In this document: piece by piece, positions 39,189-49,500 of the stretch | How the letters are laid out: every line of letters starts with the position of its first letter | Numbering within the stretch: position 1 is the first letter of the stretch | From: Lachnospiraceae bacterium | GTDB lineage: Bacteria > Bacillota > Clostridia > Lachnospirales > Lachnospiraceae | Assembly (NCBI GenBank): GCA_017634355.1 | Contig: JAGBNO010000025.1 | Location: 1-54,760 of the forward strand | DNA length: 54,760 bases | Direction of reading: 5' to 3' | Notes under the pieces: model-generated | Databases searched by the model: none | What the model saw: the letters and a program-made list of their open reading frames with translations, nothing else | What the model was told of the DNA's origin: nothing | Position numbers and translations under genes: made by a program

Positions 39189-41666
39189 TTGTTTAAAGCA
39201 CATTCTCTAGACAAAGTGAAGTTCAAGCAGTCTGTCGAGGAAAATGTAAAGACACTCTTCCGGAAAACGGTGCAGGAAGCTGATGAACAGCAGATATTTC
39301 AGGCCGTATGCTATGCCGTGAAGGACACCATCATCGACCAGTGGATGAACACCCAGGAGGCCTATGAAAAAAAGGATCCAAAGACGGTCTATTACCTGTC
39401 TATGGAATTCCTTATGGGCAGGGCCCTTGGAAATAACTTAATAAACCTTTTGGAGTATGACGATGTGAGGGAAGCCCTGTCCGAAATGGGCATAGACTTA
39501 AATATGGTAGAGGACCAGGAGCCCGATGCCGCGCTTGGAAACGGCGGTCTCGGCAGGCTTGCCGCCTGTTTCTTAGATTCACTTGCGACCCTGGGCTACA
39601 GCGCATACGGCTGTGGCATACGCTACCGCTACGGCATGTTCAAGCAGCAGATAAGGAATGGCTATCAGATGGAGATACCGGACGACTGGCTCAGGGACGG
39701 AAACCCCTTCGAGCTGCGCCGCAGGGAATATAAGAAGGAAGTAAAGTTCGGCGGCTATGTGAGAGTGGAAACCGACAAGTCCGGCCGCAACCACTTCATA
39801 CAGGACGGCTACCAGTCAGTCATGGCCATACCCTACGACATGCCTATAGTGGGCTATGGCAATGGCATAGTGAACACCTTGAGGATCTGGGATGCGGAGC
39901 CGGTGGAGAGCTTCCACCTCGACTCCTTCGACAAGGGCGACTACAAGAAGGCTGTCGAACAGGACAATCTCGCGAGAAACATAGTCGAAGTGCTCTATCC
40001 CAATGACAACCACTATGCCGGCAAGGAGCTAAGGCTGAAGCAGCAGTACTTCTTCATCTCCGCCTCCGTACAGGAAGCTGTCGCAAAGTATATGCGTAAG
40101 CATGACGACATACGCCACTTCGCCGACAAGAATGTATTCCAGCTAAATGACACCCATCCCACTGTAGCCATCCCTGAGCTCATGAGGGTGCTCATGGACG
40201 ACTACAACCTGACCTGGGACGAGGCCTGGGATGTCACGACACATACCTGCGCCTACACTAACCATACGATAATGTCGGAAGCTTTGGAAAAGTGGCCTAT
40301 AGAGCTTTTCTCCAGGCTGCTCCCCAGGGTCTACCAGATAGTAGAGGAGATCAACCGCCGCTTCTGCCTGCGCATAGCTGAGAAATATCCCAGCAATCAG
40401 GAGAAGATCAAAAATATGGCAGTTATTTATGACGGACAGGTCCGCATGGCCTATCTCGCCATCTGCGCAGGCTTCTCTGTAAATGGCGTCGCCGCGCTGC
40501 ATACAGACATACTCAAAAAAGAAGAGCTGAAGGACTTCTATGAGATGATGCCCCAGAAATTCAACAATAAGACCAATGGCATCACTCAGCGCCGCTTCCT
40601 GCTGCACGCCAATCCCCTGCTCGCCTCATGGGTCACAGAGCATGTCGGTCCCGACTGGATAACCGACCTACCAAAGATCAAAGGCATAGCTGTATATGCA
40701 GATGACGAAAAGACCCAGAGCGAATTCATGAATATCAAGTTCAGGAATAAAGAAAGGCTTGCCCAGTACATACTGGACCATAACCACATAGTCGTAGATC
40801 CCAGGTCCATTTTCGACGTACAGGTAAAGAGGCTCCACGAGTACAAGCGGCAGCTCCTTAATATCCTGCATGTCATGTACCTCTACAACAAGATAAAGGC
40901 CAATCCCGATCTGGACTTCTATCCCCGCACCTTTATATTCGGCGCAAAGGCCGCCGCAGGCTACCTCACGGCAAAGCTTACCATTAAGCTTATAAACTCT
41001 GTCGCAGAAGTCATCAATAATGACGCCTCCATAGGCGGCAAGCTTAAGGTAGTCTTCATCGAAGATTACAAGGTGTCGAATGCCGAGCTGATCTTTGCCG
41101 CAGCGGATGTGTCGGAACAGATTTCCACTGCTTCTAAGGAAGCTTCGGGAACGGGAAATATGAAATTCATGCTGAATGGTGCTCTTACGCTTGGAACCAT
41201 GGACGGCGCCAATGTGGAAATGGCAGAGGAAGTCGGAAAAGACAATATGTTCATTTTCGGAATGTCAGCCGAGGAAGTCATAGGCTTCGAGCGCAACGGC
41301 GGCTACAATCCCATGGATATCTTTAACCACGATCAGGAGATAAGGGATGTACTGACCCAGCTCATAAACGGTTTCTACGCTAAGGACGATCCGGACCGCT
41401 TCCGCGACCTCTACAATTCCCTCTTAAATACACACAGCACTTCCAAAGCCGACAGGTACTTTATCCTAAAGGACTTCCGTTCCTACATAGAGGCACAGGA
41501 AGAGGTGGAAAAACAGTACAGGGATACTGCCCTATGGGCGAAAAAGGCCATACTCAATGTGGCGAGTGTAGGCAAGTTCTCCTCCGACCGTACCATACAG
41601 GAATATGTAGACGATATATGGCACTTGGACAAAGTGACCATAAACAGCAAAACTACAATGCTTTAA
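39189..41666 (+). CDS. glgP: Glycogen/starch/alpha-glucan phosphorylase
   Basis: GNGGLGRLAAC, QLNDTHP, KRLHEYKRQ, EASGTGNMK. Confidence 0.97.
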   Translation: MFKAHSLDKVKFKQSVEENVKTLFRKTVQEADEQQIFQAVCYAVKDTIIDQWMNTQEAYEKKDPKTVYYLSMEFLMGRALGNNLINLLEYDDVREALSEMGIDLNMVEDQEPDAALGNGGLGRLAACFLDSLATLGYSAYGCGIRYRYGMFKQQIRNGYQMEIPDDWLRDGNPFELRRREYKKEVKFGGYVRVETDKSGRNHFIQDGYQSVMAIPYDMPIVGYGNGIVNTLRIWDAEPVESFHLDSFDKGDYKKAVEQDNLARNIVEVLYPNDNHYAGKELRLKQQYFFISASVQEAVAKYMRKHDDIRHFADKNVFQLNDTHPTVAIPELMRVLMDDYNLTWDEAWDVTTHTCAYTNHTIMSEALEKWPIELFSRLLPRVYQIVEEINRRFCLRIAEKYPSNQEKIKNMAVIYDGQVRMAYLAICAGFSVNGVAALHTDILKKEELKDFYEMMPQKFNNKTNGITQRRFLLHANPLLASWVTEHVGPDWITDLPKIKGIAVYADDEKTQSEFMNIKFRNKERLAQYILDHNHIVVDPRSIFDVQVKRLHEYKRQLLNILHVMYLYNKIKANPDLDFYPRTFIFGAKAAAGYLTAKLTIKLINSVAEVINNDASIGGKLKVVFIEDYKVSNAELIFAAADVSEQISTASKEASGTGNMKFMLNGALTLGTMDGANVEMAEEVGKDNMFIFGMSAEEVIGFERNGGYNPMDIFNHDQEIRDVLTQLINGFYAKDDPDRFRDLYNSLLNTHSTSKADRYFILKDFRSYIEAQEEVEKQYRDTALWAKKAILNVASVGKFSSDRTIQEYVDDIWHLDKVTINSKTTML

Positions 41667-41675
41667 GGAGGCAGG

Positions 41676-43955
41676 ATGCTAAACGGTATAAATATAAGGG
41701 GAAATGGCGCCTACCTGCTGAACGGGCAGGATATAGCGGGCGATGCACCCTCAGGGGTCTCACCGGCCGAGGCTAAAAAGGGCACTATTTCCTACCAGAT
41801 ACTCTCAAGCCACAATAGTTCGGATGACGATGAGCATCTTAATATAAAGTTCGACTGCATAACTTCACATGACATTACTTATGTGGGGATCATTCAGACT
41901 GCCAGGGCCTCAGGCTTAAAGAAATTTCCCCTGCCTTATGTGCTGACGAACTGCCACAATTCCCTCTGTGCCGTGGGCGGCACCATTAATGAGGACGACC
42001 ATGTATTCGGGCTTACGGCGGCAAAGAAGTACGGCGGCATCTATGTTCCGCCTCATCAGGCCGTCATACACCAGTATGCCAGGGAAATGCTATCCTCCTG
42101 TGGCCGCATGATTCTGGGCTCCGACTCCCATACGAGATACGGTGCCCTTGGCACCATGGCCATGGGCGAGGGCGGTCCCGAACTGGTAAAGCAGCTCTTG
42201 AACCAGACTTACGACATAGACTATCCTGAGGTAGTCGCCATATATTTAACGGGAGAGCCAGCTTTCGGAGTGGGTCCCCAGGATGTTGCGCTGGCCCTTA
42301 TAAAAGAGCTTTTCCCCAAGGGCATAGTCAAGAATAAGGTCATGGAATTTGTAGGCCCCGGTGTCGCAAAGCTCTCAGCAGACTTCCGCATAGGCATAGA
42401 TGTGATGACCACAGAGACCACCTGCCTCTCTTCTATATGGCAGACCGACGATGCCATCAGGGAGTTCTACTTTATCCACGGCAGGGAGCAGGACTATAAG
42501 GAGCTGAAACCCGCTGATACAGCCTACTACGATGAGGTAGTGACCGTAGACCTGGGGCAGATAAAGCCCATGATAGCACTGCCCTTCCATCCATCCCATG
42601 CCTATACCATTGAGGACTTCAAGGCAAATATGGGAGAGCTCCTAAATGAGACTGAAGAAAGGGCAAAGGAGGCCTTTGGCGGGCGGGTGAGCCTGGACTT
42701 AAACAAGAAAGTAAAGAACGGCAATTTCTATGTAGACCAGGCAGTAATAGCCGGCTGCGCAGGCGGAGGTTTCGAGAACCTCTGCGCGGCGGCAGATATA
42801 TTAAAGGATGCGGACATAGGCAGCTCTGAATTCACCATGAGCGTCTACCCTGCCTCCATGCCTATCTATGCGCAGCTTGTGAGGAATGGTTCCATATCCC
42901 ACTTCATAGATGCGGGAGTAGTCGTAAAGACCTGTTTCTGCGGCCCCTGCTTCGGTGCCGGCGACACCCCTGCCAACAATGGCTTTTCCATACGGCACTC
43001 CACGAGGAACTTCCCCAACAGGGAGGGCTCAAAGGTGCAGAACGGGCAGATAGCCTCTGTAGCCTTGATGGATGCCCGTTCCATAGCCGCCACTGCGGCA
43101 AATAAGGGGGTTCTCACTGCCGCCTCGGAAATGGATGTGAAGATAAACCAGTATAAATACTTCTTCGACAGGGCCATATACAGAAAGCGCGTCTTTGATT
43201 CCAAGGGAGAGGCCGCGCCTGAAACTGAGCTGGTCTTAGGCCCGAATATCAAGGACTGGCCGCAGATGTCGGCTTTGACAGAGAATCTCCTTCTCAGGGT
43301 TGTTTCAGAGATACATGACCCCGTGACGACGACGGATGAGCTTATCCCCTCAGGGGAGACCTCATCATACCGCTCCAACCCCTTGGGGCTTGCAGAGTTT
43401 ACCCTTTCCAGAAAGGACCCTGAATATGTAGGAAGGGCAAAGGCCGTGAAGGCTATGGAGGATGCCAGAAAGGAAGGAGAAAGCGTCCTTCAGATAGTAG
43501 CCGACGATGCGCTGAAGGCAGCCCTCAATACCCTAAAGAATACCTATCCTGAGATAAGCGCAGAGAACACAGGCATAGGCTCCACAATATTTGCCGTGAA
43601 GCCCGGCGACGGCTCTGCAAGGGAGCAGGCCGCATCCTGCCAGAAGGTACTGGGCGGCTGGGCCAATATAGCCAATGAATATGCCACTAAACGCTACCGC
43701 AGCAATCTCATAAACTGGGGGATGCTGCCTTTCATTATCCCAGACGGAGAACTGCCTTTTAAGAATCTCGACCATATCTTCATACCCGGCATCAGAAAGG
43801 CAGTAGAGGAAAAAAGCGGCTCCATCAAGGCTTTCGCGGTAACTGAGAATGGCTTAAAGGAGTTTACGCTTGGGCTGGGAGAACTTACCGATACTGAGAG
43901 GCAGATAATCCTGGACGGCTGCCTCATAAACTACAACGCCCGCAGCATTGCTTAA
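41676..43955 (+). CDS. Aconitase-family hydratase (YbhJ-like)
   Basis: DSHTRYG, GCAGG, CFCGPCFG, STRNFPNREG, GSAREQA. Confidence 0.88.
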   Translation: MLNGINIRGNGAYLLNGQDIAGDAPSGVSPAEAKKGTISYQILSSHNSSDDDEHLNIKFDCITSHDITYVGIIQTARASGLKKFPLPYVLTNCHNSLCAVGGTINEDDHVFGLTAAKKYGGIYVPPHQAVIHQYAREMLSSCGRMILGSDSHTRYGALGTMAMGEGGPELVKQLLNQTYDIDYPEVVAIYLTGEPAFGVGPQDVALALIKELFPKGIVKNKVMEFVGPGVAKLSADFRIGIDVMTTETTCLSSIWQTDDAIREFYFIHGREQDYKELKPADTAYYDEVVTVDLGQIKPMIALPFHPSHAYTIEDFKANMGELLNETEERAKEAFGGRVSLDLNKKVKNGNFYVDQAVIAGCAGGGFENLCAAADILKDADIGSSEFTMSVYPASMPIYAQLVRNGSISHFIDAGVVVKTCFCGPCFGAGDTPANNGFSIRHSTRNFPNREGSKVQNGQIASVALMDARSIAATAANKGVLTAASEMDVKINQYKYFFDRAIYRKRVFDSKGEAAPETELVLGPNIKDWPQMSALTENLLLRVVSEIHDPVTTTDELIPSGETSSYRSNPLGLAEFTLSRKDPEYVGRAKAVKAMEDARKEGESVLQIVADDALKAALNTLKNTYPEISAENTGIGSTIFAVKPGDGSAREQAASCQKVLGGWANIANEYATKRYRSNLINWGMLPFIIPDGELPFKNLDHIFIPGIRKAVEEKSGSIKAFAVTENGLKEFTLGLGELTDTERQIILDGCLINYNARSIA

Positions 43956-43978
43956 GACTTCTAAGCATATCTACTTTT

Positions 43979-45433
43979 ATGGGCAAAAAAGGCTTTTCAG
44001 AATATAAGGGGATGCTGCTAAATGTGCTTTTCGCCATTGGCAGCATCCTCTATATTTCACTTATTTTCAATAGGAATGTCTGGGTAGACGAAGCTTTTTC
44101 AGCAAATATCATAAGGAGCAGCTTCCCTAAGATGTGGGAAGCTACCGTAAAAGACACTCTTCCCCCTTTCTACAATGTTTTTTCCTGGTGCTTAGTAAGG
44201 ATCCTGGGGAGCAGCACCCCCGTAATGAAGCTATCTTCCGTCCTGCCCATGATAGGGCTATTATTTCTCGCCCGCACACTCGTATACAAGTACTTCGGCT
44301 TCTTAAGCTCCTTTTTCTCCCTTCTCCTATTTATATCCATGCCACATTTCTATTACTATGGAGTGGAGATAAGGATGTATAGCTTCGGTATGCTCTCGGT
44401 CACCATGGCGGGCCTCGCCGCATATTCTGTAATCACATCTGGCAGAAAAAGGGACTGGCTATCTTTCTCCCTCTGCACCGCCTTCTGTGGATATGTACAC
44501 CATTTTGCCCTTATAAGCGCCTCCTTCCTCTGGCTCTTTTTACTCTTAATGTATATATGCTGCATGGCGCCCCTGCAGAAAAAAAACCAAGCACATATAT
44601 TATTAAAACTAGAACTAAAGAATTGGGCTTTGGGACTAATGGCATTCCTGCTTTTCTACCTGCCAGGGCTCTGCCTCACCGCCTATCAGATAAAAAATGC
44701 CAGTTCCTACTTTTCAATGTCGCCCCTCTCCCTTAAGTCTTTTTTTAGCGACCTCCGTTTCCCCTTTGTGACACATATTACCATCCTGTCGCTTACCCTT
44801 GTGCTTTGCTTCTTTGCTATCCTGGCCCTTGCAGGCTTTTCATTTTTGAAAGCCCCTAGTTGTGATCGGCATATTTCCATAGGGCTTTCCTTTATCTTTA
44901 TTTATCCCTGCACCCTCCTTTTTGGCTATGGGGTCTCCCTTGTAATCGGGCGCAGCCTCTTCACCGCCAGGTACCTCGTGCCTTCTCTTTCCATTTTTTG
45001 GCTGGGTACAGCCATACTTATGGGCTCTGTAGATGTGCCGTTTTTACGCAGAAAATGGCTGGTTTTAATATGCACTTTAGTCACAATCCTTACAGGCTGC
45101 TTCACCTATCATAGCCAGTTTATAGAGGAATATGACAGCGGTGTGGAGGAAATGCTGCGCTGGTTTGACAGCCACCTCACCGAAAATGACGCCTATCTCA
45201 TCTACGAAGACAATCACCAGATTGAAATATGCCTTAGCTACTACTATCCCAAGCTTAAGCGCTGCAGCGAAAAGGAGCTTGCTGAGGTCGAAGGCAATAT
45301 ATGGTATCTGGAGGTGGATGGCTACGAAAAAGAACTTGAAAAGCTAAAGAATAGCGGCTATAATGCCGAATATATAGGTGAAAGGTCTTTTGACCGCTAT
45401 TCATTCCGCCTGTACCTGCTTAAGAAGCTGTAA
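43979..45433 (+). CDS. Glycosyltransferase family 39-like membrane protein
   Basis: VWVDEAFS, D.LPPFY, EIRMYS, RYL. Confidence 0.82.
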   Translation: MGKKGFSEYKGMLLNVLFAIGSILYISLIFNRNVWVDEAFSANIIRSSFPKMWEATVKDTLPPFYNVFSWCLVRILGSSTPVMKLSSVLPMIGLLFLARTLVYKYFGFLSSFFSLLLFISMPHFYYYGVEIRMYSFGMLSVTMAGLAAYSVITSGRKRDWLSFSLCTAFCGYVHHFALISASFLWLFLLLMYICCMAPLQKKNQAHILLKLELKNWALGLMAFLLFYLPGLCLTAYQIKNASSYFSMSPLSLKSFFSDLRFPFVTHITILSLTLVLCFFAILALAGFSFLKAPSCDRHISIGLSFIFIYPCTLLFGYGVSLVIGRSLFTARYLVPSLSIFWLGTAILMGSVDVPFLRRKWLVLICTLVTILTGCFTYHSQFIEEYDSGVEEMLRWFDSHLTENDAYLIYEDNHQIEICLSYYYPKLKRCSEKELAEVEGNIWYLEVDGYEKELEKLKNSGYNAEYIGERSFDRYSFRLYLLKKL

Positions 45434-45538
45434 TCTGTATAGATTGCGTAGAATTTTTCTTCGGTAATCTATTTTTTGACAGATTTTAAGAAGCAGGCGG
45501 ATGTCGCAGAGGATCACTTGACAGAGGAGGGAAAACAC

Positions 45539-45736
45539 ATGGATGTGGGTCTAGCTATGCCAGACATCGCCTCGATGTCCGTGGCTCTAAGCCAAAGCAA
45601 GGCACTCTCAGAAGTAGGCACCGCCATTCTATCCGAAACCCTGGATGTACAGGAAGCGGAGGGTAATAACATGGTCCGTATGATGGAACAGTCTGTCAAT
45701 CCCGGCTTGGGTGCAAATGTGGACCTGAGGGTCTGA
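45539..45736 (+). CDS. YjfB family (putative motility) protein
   Basis: DIASMS..LSQ...VG...L...LD, MEQSVNPGLG.NVD; RBS GAGGAGG. Confidence 0.85.
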   Translation: MDVGLAMPDIASMSVALSQSKALSEVGTAILSETLDVQEAEGNNMVRMMEQSVNPGLGANVDLRV

Positions 45737-45743
45737 GGAAGCC

Positions 45744-45790
45744 AAAAAAGAGGCGGAAGTCCGGGCAGCTGTCCGGGCTTCCGCTTTTTT
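45744..45790. terminator. Bidirectional intrinsic terminator
   Basis: AAAAAAGAGGCGGAAGTCCGGGCA-GC-TGTCCGGGCTTCCGCTTTTTT between convergent genes. Confidence 0.85.
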
Positions 45791-45835
45791 GTGCGATAAA
45801 AAGCTGTACAGAAATAACTTTACAAGACTTGATGC

Positions 45836-46699
45836 TCAACCCTCTGTGAGCAGTGAATAGGCCTCTTTATACTTTTCTATGGTTTTGTCTATCACATCCT
45901 GCGGCAGGTCGTTATCGCTGTCAACATGCTCCGTGAGATAGTCCCGTACAAACTGCTTATCAAAGGAAGGCTGTCCATGCCCTGCTTCATATCCGTCTAC
46001 AGGCCAGAAACGGCTGGAGTCCGGAGTCAGCATCTCATCTCCTAAGACAACATGGCCTTCCTCATCCAAACCAAACTCAAATTTGGTATCGGCTATGATT
46101 ATTCCTTTTTCCCTTGCATAGTCAGCGCACTTTTTATAAAGGGCTAAGGAGCAGTCCCTTATTTTTTCGGCATACTCCCTGCCTTTCCCCGGAAATTCCT
46201 TTTCCAATAGCTCTGCGCTCTTTTCAAAATCTATATTCTCGTCATGCAGTCCTAGTTCAGCCTTGGTGCTGGGCGTATATAAGGGCTCAGGCAGCTTATC
46301 ACATTCCTTAAGCCCTTTTGGCAGCTTAATACCGCAAACTGTGCCATCCTTTAGATAGCTTTTCCACCCGCTGCCCGTTATATATCCCCTGACTATGCAC
46401 TCTATGGGAAGCATCCTTAGCTTCCTGCAGAGCATACTCCTGTCTTTGAATTCAGGCGTGCGGAAGAATTCTGGCAGCTCTTCAGCCTCCGTCCCCAGCA
46501 TATGGTTAGGCACAATATCCTTAGTATAATCAAACCAGAACTTAGACATCCCGGTGAGCACTGCGCCCTTTCCGGGTATGGGCTTTTTCAGTATCACATC
46601 AAATGCGGATATACGGTCTGTCGCCACCATGATGAGGCTGTCGCCATTGTCGTATATTTCCCTTACTTTCCCTTCCTTTATAGGTTTAAATGTTTCCAT
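45836..46699 (-). CDS. purC: SAICAR synthase
   Basis: GKVREIY, TDRISAFD, PIECIVRGY, ADTKFEFG, TPDSSRFW, FDKQ. Confidence 0.96.
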   Translation of the reverse strand: METFKPIKEGKVREIYDNGDSLIMVATDRISAFDVILKKPIPGKGAVLTGMSKFWFDYTKDIVPNHMLGTEAEELPEFFRTPEFKDRSMLCRKLRMLPIECIVRGYITGSGWKSYLKDGTVCGIKLPKGLKECDKLPEPLYTPSTKAELGLHDENIDFEKSAELLEKEFPGKGREYAEKIRDCSLALYKKCADYAREKGIIIADTKFEFGLDEEGHVVLGDEMLTPDSSRFWPVDGYEAGHGQPSFDKQFVRDYLTEHVDSDNDLPQDVIDKTIEKYKEAYSLLTEG

Positions 46700-46770
46700 G
46701 CATCCCCCCTGTTATGCAGCTTTCGTAATAAAGACCTGTCTTTTGCACAAATCCTTGATCAGAGGCACTA

Positions 46771-47973
46771 TCACTCATTAGTAAAATTGTCAAAATATCC
46801 CTGCACCAGCACCACAGGGGTACCCTTGTCGCCTGAACCGCTGGTGAGGTCGCACAGCGACCCTATGAGGTCCGTAAGCTGCCTGGGCGTCGTGCCCTGA
46901 GATGCCATATTTCCCTTGAGGTTACCATCTTTTTTCTTAATGCTGTCGGAAATAGCCTCCTTAAGCGCATCGCCTGAGAGGTCCTTGAAATCATTGTCGG
47001 CAAGGTATTTAAGCTTAAGCTCATTGGGCGTGCCCTTTAAGCCTTCTGTATATGCGGGAGATACTACAGGATCGGCCAGCTCCCATATCTTGCCCTGCGG
47101 ATCCTTGAATGCCCCGTCACCGTAGACCATCACTTCTACATTCTTGCCCGTGGCATCCTTTATCCTCTTCTGTATGTCCGTGACCAGTCCCTGGCAGTCC
47201 CTGGGGAAGAGCTTTATCTTGTCCTCCGTGGATTTATTTGAACCCAGAAGCCCATAGGCCTCGTTGCAGCCGCTGCCGTTCACAGGGGCATTCAGTATGT
47301 CCTCAAGGCTTAGGGCCACTTTTGCACCGGCCTTCTCCAATATGCGCTTAGTGCGCTTCCTTGTGTGTATGTCGCAGGATAGCACATGGTCTGTATAATT
47401 CAAAATGGTCTTTGCCTGATTAGCAAAGATGATCTCTACCTCAGCTCCACATTCCTTTATAAGATTTCCGTAATAATCCACATAGTCAACACCTGTAAAG
47501 GGATGGACATTCTCTCCAAAGAGTTCCCTGTACCTGTCAAGTGTGAGCACCTCGCTGTAGGGGTCTATGCCTGCGTCATCCAGTTTATCCAGGCTCACAA
47601 GCTCATTTCCCACTTCATCCGAGGGGTAGCTGAGCATAAGCACTATCTTTTTTGCTCCCTTTGCTATGCCCCTTAGGCATATGGCAAAACGGTTCCTGGA
47701 GAGTATGGGAAATATGACCCCTATAGTGCCTCCCCCCAGCTTATTCTTCACGTCCTCCGCTATAGCGTCCACGGTGGCATAATTTCCCTGTGACCTTGCC
47801 ACTATGGACTCAGTCACAGCTATGACATCCCTGTCCCTTAGTGAAAAGCCGTCTGACTCTGCGGCATTCAGTACGCTATCAGTTACTATTTTTGCAAGGT
47901 CGTCCCCTTCACGTATAATGGGGCAGCGTATGCCGCGGGATACTGTGCCGACCAAGCGTTCTTTTTTGTCCAT
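46771..47973 (-). CDS. Coenzyme F420-0:L-glutamate ligase (CofE)-like family protein
   Basis: PIIREGDDL, TESIVARSQG, DLTSGSGDKGTPVVLVQG. Confidence 0.8.
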   Translation of the reverse strand: MDKKERLVGTVSRGIRCPIIREGDDLAKIVTDSVLNAAESDGFSLRDRDVIAVTESIVARSQGNYATVDAIAEDVKNKLGGGTIGVIFPILSRNRFAICLRGIAKGAKKIVLMLSYPSDEVGNELVSLDKLDDAGIDPYSEVLTLDRYRELFGENVHPFTGVDYVDYYGNLIKECGAEVEIIFANQAKTILNYTDHVLSCDIHTRKRTKRILEKAGAKVALSLEDILNAPVNGSGCNEAYGLLGSNKSTEDKIKLFPRDCQGLVTDIQKRIKDATGKNVEVMVYGDGAFKDPQGKIWELADPVVSPAYTEGLKGTPNELKLKYLADNDFKDLSGDALKEAISDSIKKKDGNLKGNMASQGTTPRQLTDLIGSLCDLTSGSGDKGTPVVLVQGYFDNFTNE

Positions 47974-48148
47974 TTCTTCCTCCTCTATCCGGAATAGCAT
48001 ATTCTATAGTTAGGATCTGTTCAGAAATAACTTACACCTACCCATCAAAAGCGTTTTGATCCCTCGCTTAAGATAGATTTTACAATGCAATAAACCAACT
48101 CAACAATCTTTTATATTAACAAAGCTATCTCATTTTTGCAAATAATCT

Positions 48149-48658
48149 TCATTTTTTAGGAGGCGCAGGAATAGCCCTGCGTTTCCTGGGCTTCTTATCG
48201 TTTATCATCTTAACCAGTTCCCTCGCCTTAGGAACCTTGCCTATCTTCACATTCCCATTTCTGGTGTCGAGGGTCACAAGATTCCTCTTTCCTATGTCGG
48301 CAGAGCTTATGTCCCCCAGCAGTATCTTGTTGGTTATTTCCACGCCATGCCTGAGCACGATAAGCCTGTCGGTCACCTCTGCCCTGGTATTAGACCTCGA
48401 CATATTGAGCACAGTGATTATCGTATAGAGCACTCCCAAAGTGGCCGCAACTGCAGCCGCTATGGGTGCGCCCCCAAAGTGGAAAGTGAGATAGAGTGTC
48501 AGAAAAAACATCTCTATGACCGCAACCTTTACTACTGATATGTCTTCTATGAAAAAGACATTCTCTTCTTTTTCTTCCTGCTCTTCTACGAGGACTTCTC
48601 CCTCTGCCTGTACATTCTCGTCCAGAACCTGATTTTCCGCGGCAGCCTGCTCAGCCAT
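48149..48658 (-). CDS. Hypothetical membrane protein with possible bacterial PH domain
   Basis: Acidic N-terminus, 2 TM, 'VTDRLIVLRHG' beta-rich C-terminus; RBS AAGGAG. Confidence 0.65.
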   Translation of the reverse strand: MAEQAAAENQVLDENVQAEGEVLVEEQEEKEENVFFIEDISVVKVAVIEMFFLTLYLTFHFGGAPIAAAVAATLGVLYTIITVLNMSRSNTRAEVTDRLIVLRHGVEITNKILLGDISSADIGKRNLVTLDTRNGNVKIGKVPKARELVKMINDKKPRKRRAIPAPPKK

Positions 48659-48872
48659 GATAACTCCTTACCCTTAATGCTTTCCTTTATGCAGCAAACT
48701 GAAGTTACTGCGTTTGACCCCAAAGCCATATTATACTTGCAAAGTTCATTTTAAGCTAGTGCTTCTATGTATATGATCGAAACTAAGTACTGGTGGAAAA
48801 AATATCACAATAGGTCTATAATATGTAAAATCGTGCTAGCGTGGCTACTTACAGCAATAGCGGAGGTGCATA

Positions 48873-49109
48873 ATGAAGGTCAAGGAACAAATGGATGATG
48901 AGCAACTTGGGAAGGTTGTCGGCGGAAGCGGAGCTGATATACCGCCACAGCGTTTCAATGTTGGGGATCAAGTGCTGCTCCGTATCTATCCGGAATATGG
49001 AGTAGGAAAAATACGCGAAGCAAAGGTTGTCTCTGGCTCATGGCAATATACTGCACAGTTTGATGCAGGCATGATGACAGCCGATGAATACGAATTTATA
49101 CCGGCGTGA
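48873..49109 (+). CDS. Double-glycine-leader mini-protein with SH3/KOW-like core
   Basis: RBS GGAGGT; MDDEQLGKVVGG leader; FNVGDQV...YG.GKI...Y...FD. Confidence 0.75.
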   Translation: MKVKEQMDDEQLGKVVGGSGADIPPQRFNVGDQVLLRIYPEYGVGKIREAKVVSGSWQYTAQFDAGMMTADEYEFIPA

Positions 49110-49167
49110 CATGGATGTTTTAATCTTTTAACCAAACGATCATGGAAATAGAGGAGGAATATAAATA

Positions 49168-49290
49168 ATGGATATAGGCGTTGTCATAGCCCTATCTGCT
49201 TTTGGTGTGATGGTACTCATAGTCCTCATCATAATTTTCGCTGTTGTAGCCGGAGTTACAGCTTCCATAGAGACCCGTCCGGATGAGTGA
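49168..49290 (+). CDS. 40-aa single-pass membrane peptide (absent from the ORF track)
   Basis: RBS GAGGAGG; MDIGVVIALSAFGVMVLIVLIIIFAVVAGVTASIETRPDE*. Confidence 0.65.
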   Translation: MDIGVVIALSAFGVMVLIVLIIIFAVVAGVTASIETRPDE

Positions 49291-49399
49291 CCATCATATT
49301 CAATTTTACATTTTTTCGGTCGGGCCAAGCAAGACGGCTGGCTCATGAAAAACGCTCTTTGGGATGGTCACATAAATTAATGATGCAAATTGCGCTGGA

Positions 49400-49500
49400 T
49401 TTTTCTTCGAGACTGCCAGTGGAAAATCATGCGCATATGCGGGCAGCCCATATATGGGCCGGTAAACGATTTTTCACTGGTGCTATCGGAGAAAAAGACA
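49400..49500. repeat. Imperfect palindromic element (29-bp arms)
   Basis: 49400-49428 vs 49468-49496 complementary at 23 of 29 positions; TGCTATCGGAGAAAAAGACA also at 24000-24019. Confidence 0.6.
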
